This document shows, one piece after another, positions 60,864-64,000 of a DNA stretch of 64,000 nucleotides. This DNA is from Lama guanicoe. Lineage: Eukaryota. How positions within the stretch are numbered: the first letter of the stretch is position 1; every line of letters begins with the position of its first letter. Location: the NCBI GenBank assembly GCA_013239625.1, contig MU053652.1:5323902-5387901 (forward strand), in the 5' to 3' direction. The position numbers were made by a program, and so were the translations under genes. A model generated the notes under the pieces. That model searched no databases. It was not told the DNA's origin and saw only the letters and a program-made list of their open reading frames with translations.

Positions 60864-63392
60864 GGTATTGGGGAAACTTTCCTAATACTGAGTAAGCGGA
60901 TAGCATTTGACTATCACAACGTGAAATGTATGACGACACTTTTCATAGAATGCCGACGAAAAGTATAGGCGGCAATAATATAAATACATAAGTAAAATAG
61001 TAAAGCAGTATTTGATCAGGGCTTCAATGCAAACATGTACCTTGGATTTCATCATTTAATAAATTATTTGTGTTAATGATTGTGTAATAGAAAGAACTAG
61101 GGTTTTGTGTGGGTGAAATATCATGTTTTCCTGCCTTCTACTCGTTGAAGACCCTCTGATATCCTGAACGCTGGCCTGACAATCAGGGCTCTTCAAAATA
61201 AGCAGAGCTAGTTTTGTTTGCTTCATCTTTCCTCTCCTGACCTCGTAGAGACTGATACCCTGACCACCACCAGATTTCACTGCCACTGGATCCTGACCAC
61301 ACTCTTCGCTTTGCCACCTCAAAGCCTTTAAACTTGTCCTTCCTCCTTCTCCCACCTCTGCCTTGATTATTTTTGCAGACAACATGATTTTTGGCAAATA
61401 GTGCATCCTTTATTTTCTATGTCTATTTCTACTTTGAGGCTTATTTAGAAAGCGACCCTTTGAAACCTCACCCTGGCAAGACACGATATGATCCCTTTCT
61501 TTGCCACCCAGAGCCTTTTAAAGATCTTTTAAAGCTCTCCTATTCTGCCTTACAGTATCATTTTGCTTTTTTCTTACCTTTTTTTTTTGGTTAGAATATC
61601 AGCTTCCTTGATGCAGAGACTCTTGTTCATAAGTGTGTTCCTCCCAAAATGCTAAAACAAGTGTTAAATACATGGGGTATATAAGAAAAGCACCAGATGA
61701 AGTAAAATTAAAAACATTTCCTTAATTGGATGAAATAGATTAATTTGAACACAAAACAGTCTTCTTTCAGTATTGGTGCACGTGAAATTAGTGCATATGG
61801 TATGGGAAGGGAAAAAATGTGTGGCTTGTATGTAAACAGAATTTGGAACCCTTGTGCTATGCAGAAGAAAGAAAATCATTTTTCAGAAAGTAGGTGAGAA
61901 AAAAGAGAAATGATTGATTTGTTGTTATTAGCTTCATGCATAAGTCTTTGTAAGTGGATCTATATTAAATTTTGCAGGATATTGGCATGAATGAGAATTA
62001 GAGGAATTCTTCTAGGGTATAATTAAGCATGGACTAAATGCAAATTGCATAGTTTGAAGTCACCCAAGGGTAGCGTAAATTTAACATGACAATTTTTCAA
62101 AATATTATTTTCTTGTGTGAGGACCCCAGAATAATTGCAATCATTTATTTTCGCAGGTAGCAGATCTTTATTTCAGCTCCCTCTTAGGTCCTTTTTGTTT
62201 TAAAACGCCCCTGCTTTTATGTGAGCCATCACCAGCTGACTCGCCTTTTCATACTCTTCACCAGATATAAAGCACTTTGGTTTTGCTCTGCACTTTAAAT
62301 TTTTTCAAAGCATGTTTACATTTTTTGTGCTTGCAACTCAGTGAAGCAGGAGGCCTGAGTTTGTCTACCCACTTTTTACAGATGAGAACCGTGAGCCGCA
62401 GAGCGGTTGAACAGTGGGTTAAAGGCGCTGGTGCTTCCCCCAAGCCCATGCTTCTTCCCTTTCCTGAGTGAAATTACATGGGCCCCCAAGTTCTACTGGA
62501 ACAAGCCGTGGGCCAGCCAGGCACCCAGGGCTGCCTGACACGCCTGTGTGATGGCACACTCCATTGGGTGGGCAGAAGACTGCAGGAAAATAAATGTGTC
62601 AGAGAACGCTGGTTTATTATTATTATTATTCACAAGTTTTATCTACTCTGTTGTTTGAACCCTCTGGATGAGCCAGTTTTCATAATGACCTCACATCGTC
62701 ACACTAAGAGTTATTCTTCAAATGACTTGGAGATCAGTTCACTTATTTATGCCGGATGCTTTCCGTTTGACATTCAGATATGAACATTTTAATTTTGAAA
62801 TTAAGTTATGGACTCCTAAGCGTAAAACTTGGAAGACTAGTTAACATGCTCTTTGTTGATGGCAAAGTAAATACATGTTTAGCTGAGAAGCAGGACTGCT
62901 TTCAAATCATTTGCTTCATCTGGAACTAAATCCAGGAATCAGCCCAGTGGGCATGATGATGTTATTCAAGAATTTGGGGAAGAAATGAAGGATAAAACTA
63001 TCCACATCTTATTCTTTTGGTAATTCATGTACAGACTTCTCAAAAGGTGAGACTCTTTCATAATATATTTGTCAGAACCTTGTTTACCCCAAGATTTCCA
63101 TTTTAAAGTTTTATTCAGCTTTGTGGTGCATCTTCACAGTTCTGTCATTTAAGTCCATTTCGTTCTTCAGTTTTGCATTAAACAATGAATATAGCCATAA
63201 TGTTCTCTATGATAAGACCTTTGATTCCACAATCTGTTTTGCATTAATGAATTTCTTTCAATCCTTAGATAATTCTTATTGTTTTCCTCTAGACCAAGTA
63301 AGTTTGTTTCCCCTTTTCTCCATTATGATGACCTAAGTCAGGACTGTAAATCAGAATACTCACTTTGCAGGTAAAGTAGCTTTTAATGGTTC

Positions 63393-63491
63393 CATTAGCT
63401 ATATTCAAGTGGTTCCCTTCAAATACATTAGCTATATTCAGGTGGTTCCCTTAAAATACATTAGCTATGTTCAAGTGGTTCCCTTAAAATA
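63393..63491. repeat. Minisatellite, 3 x 33 bp
   Basis: cattagctatattcaagtggttcccttcaaata / cattagctatattcaggtggttcccttaaaata / cattagctatgttcaagtggttcccttaaaata. Confidence 0.97.
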
Positions 63492-63689
63492 ATTCCTGGC
63501 CTTAGTTTTTGCAGAATGAAAATAACAAGGTGAGGTCACCAGCAGGCCAGGAGAGAGGTGGGATGACTCTCATCCTCAGTTAAGGGTTGCGGAAGGTTGG
63601 TAACTAGGTCAGCAAACGGGGTCTGGGGAGGACTAGGGTCATGGATGACCCTTTACTAGTTGAATGGAGGTTGTGTAGACAGAATTTAG

Positions 63690-63842
63690 AGTGGTGCAGA
63701 GGTGCTGAACTTAGGGACAGACTGAAGTTCCAGACCCTCTTCTGCTGCTTTCTAGCTCCAAGACCTTAGATAAATCACCTGATGTCTCTGAACTTCATAT
63801 TCCTAATTTATGAAATAGCAATAATAATAATAACTCCTAGGA
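63690..63842 (+). mobile_element. MIR SINE fragment
   Basis: ctagctccaagaccttagataaatcacctgatgtctctgaacttcatattcctaatttatgaaatagcaataataata. Confidence 0.7.
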
Positions 63843-63852
63843 TCTTTCCATC

Positions 63853-64000
63853 TGTCAGTTATCTGCTGCCAAGTAACGTGCTGTTTTAAAACTTGGCAGC
63901 TTAAAACAAAATTATTTGTTTGCTCACACTTCAGGCTGGGTTCAGCTGGGCAGTTCTGTTGGTCTTTTCTGGAGTTGCTCATGCAGCTCCAGTGATCTGG
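63853..64000 (-). mobile_element. MaLR LTR (MLT1F/G/H-like), runs off the window
   Basis: tgtcagttatctgctgccaagtaac...aaaacttggcagcttaaaacaa...gctcacac...ggctgggttcagctgggcagttct. Confidence 0.7.

Noticed and set aside
63393..63491. 33-bp repeats as a CRISPR array
   Set aside because: Units are head-to-tail with no unique spacers, and no cas-like ORFs are present.
1..64000. A novel multi-gene or prokaryote-like system (operon, CRISPR, defence island)
   Set aside because: The sequence is repeat-rich mammalian non-coding DNA. The longest ORF is 171 aa and repeat-derived, and there are no repeat-spacer arrays.

Overview
Mammalian nuclear DNA, most likely camelid (alpaca/llama/camel). This is inferred from three copies of a tRNA-Ala-derived SINE and from young LINE-1 3' ends resembling camelid types. 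No protein-coding gene is supportable: the ORF-track entries are short chance ORFs or decayed LINE-1 ORF2 pieces. The window is intronic or intergenic and repeat-rich (L1, L2, MIR, MaLR/ERV LTRs, hAT-Charlie/Blackjack and Tigger DNA transposons), often nested. Between the repeats lie largely repeat-free blocks that look regulatory, including a CpG-enriched region at about 20.4-22.4 kb and CTCF-like motifs. The best-supported unusual items are: a near full-length RNase P RNA (RPPH1/H1) retrocopy with poly(A); a tailless 5S rRNA 5' fragment with an 18-bp target-site duplication (TSD); a 3'-truncated tRNA-Ala-like copy; an L1 insertion fusing the ORF2 endonuclease region directly to the 3' UTR; an 83-bp dispersed duplication; and an inverted pair of unusually similar L1MC 3' ends. 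I found no evidence of a new multi-component biological system. Repeat subfamily names and reference RNA comparisons come from recalled consensus sequences, and repeat boundaries are approximate until checked with RepeatMasker/Dfam.
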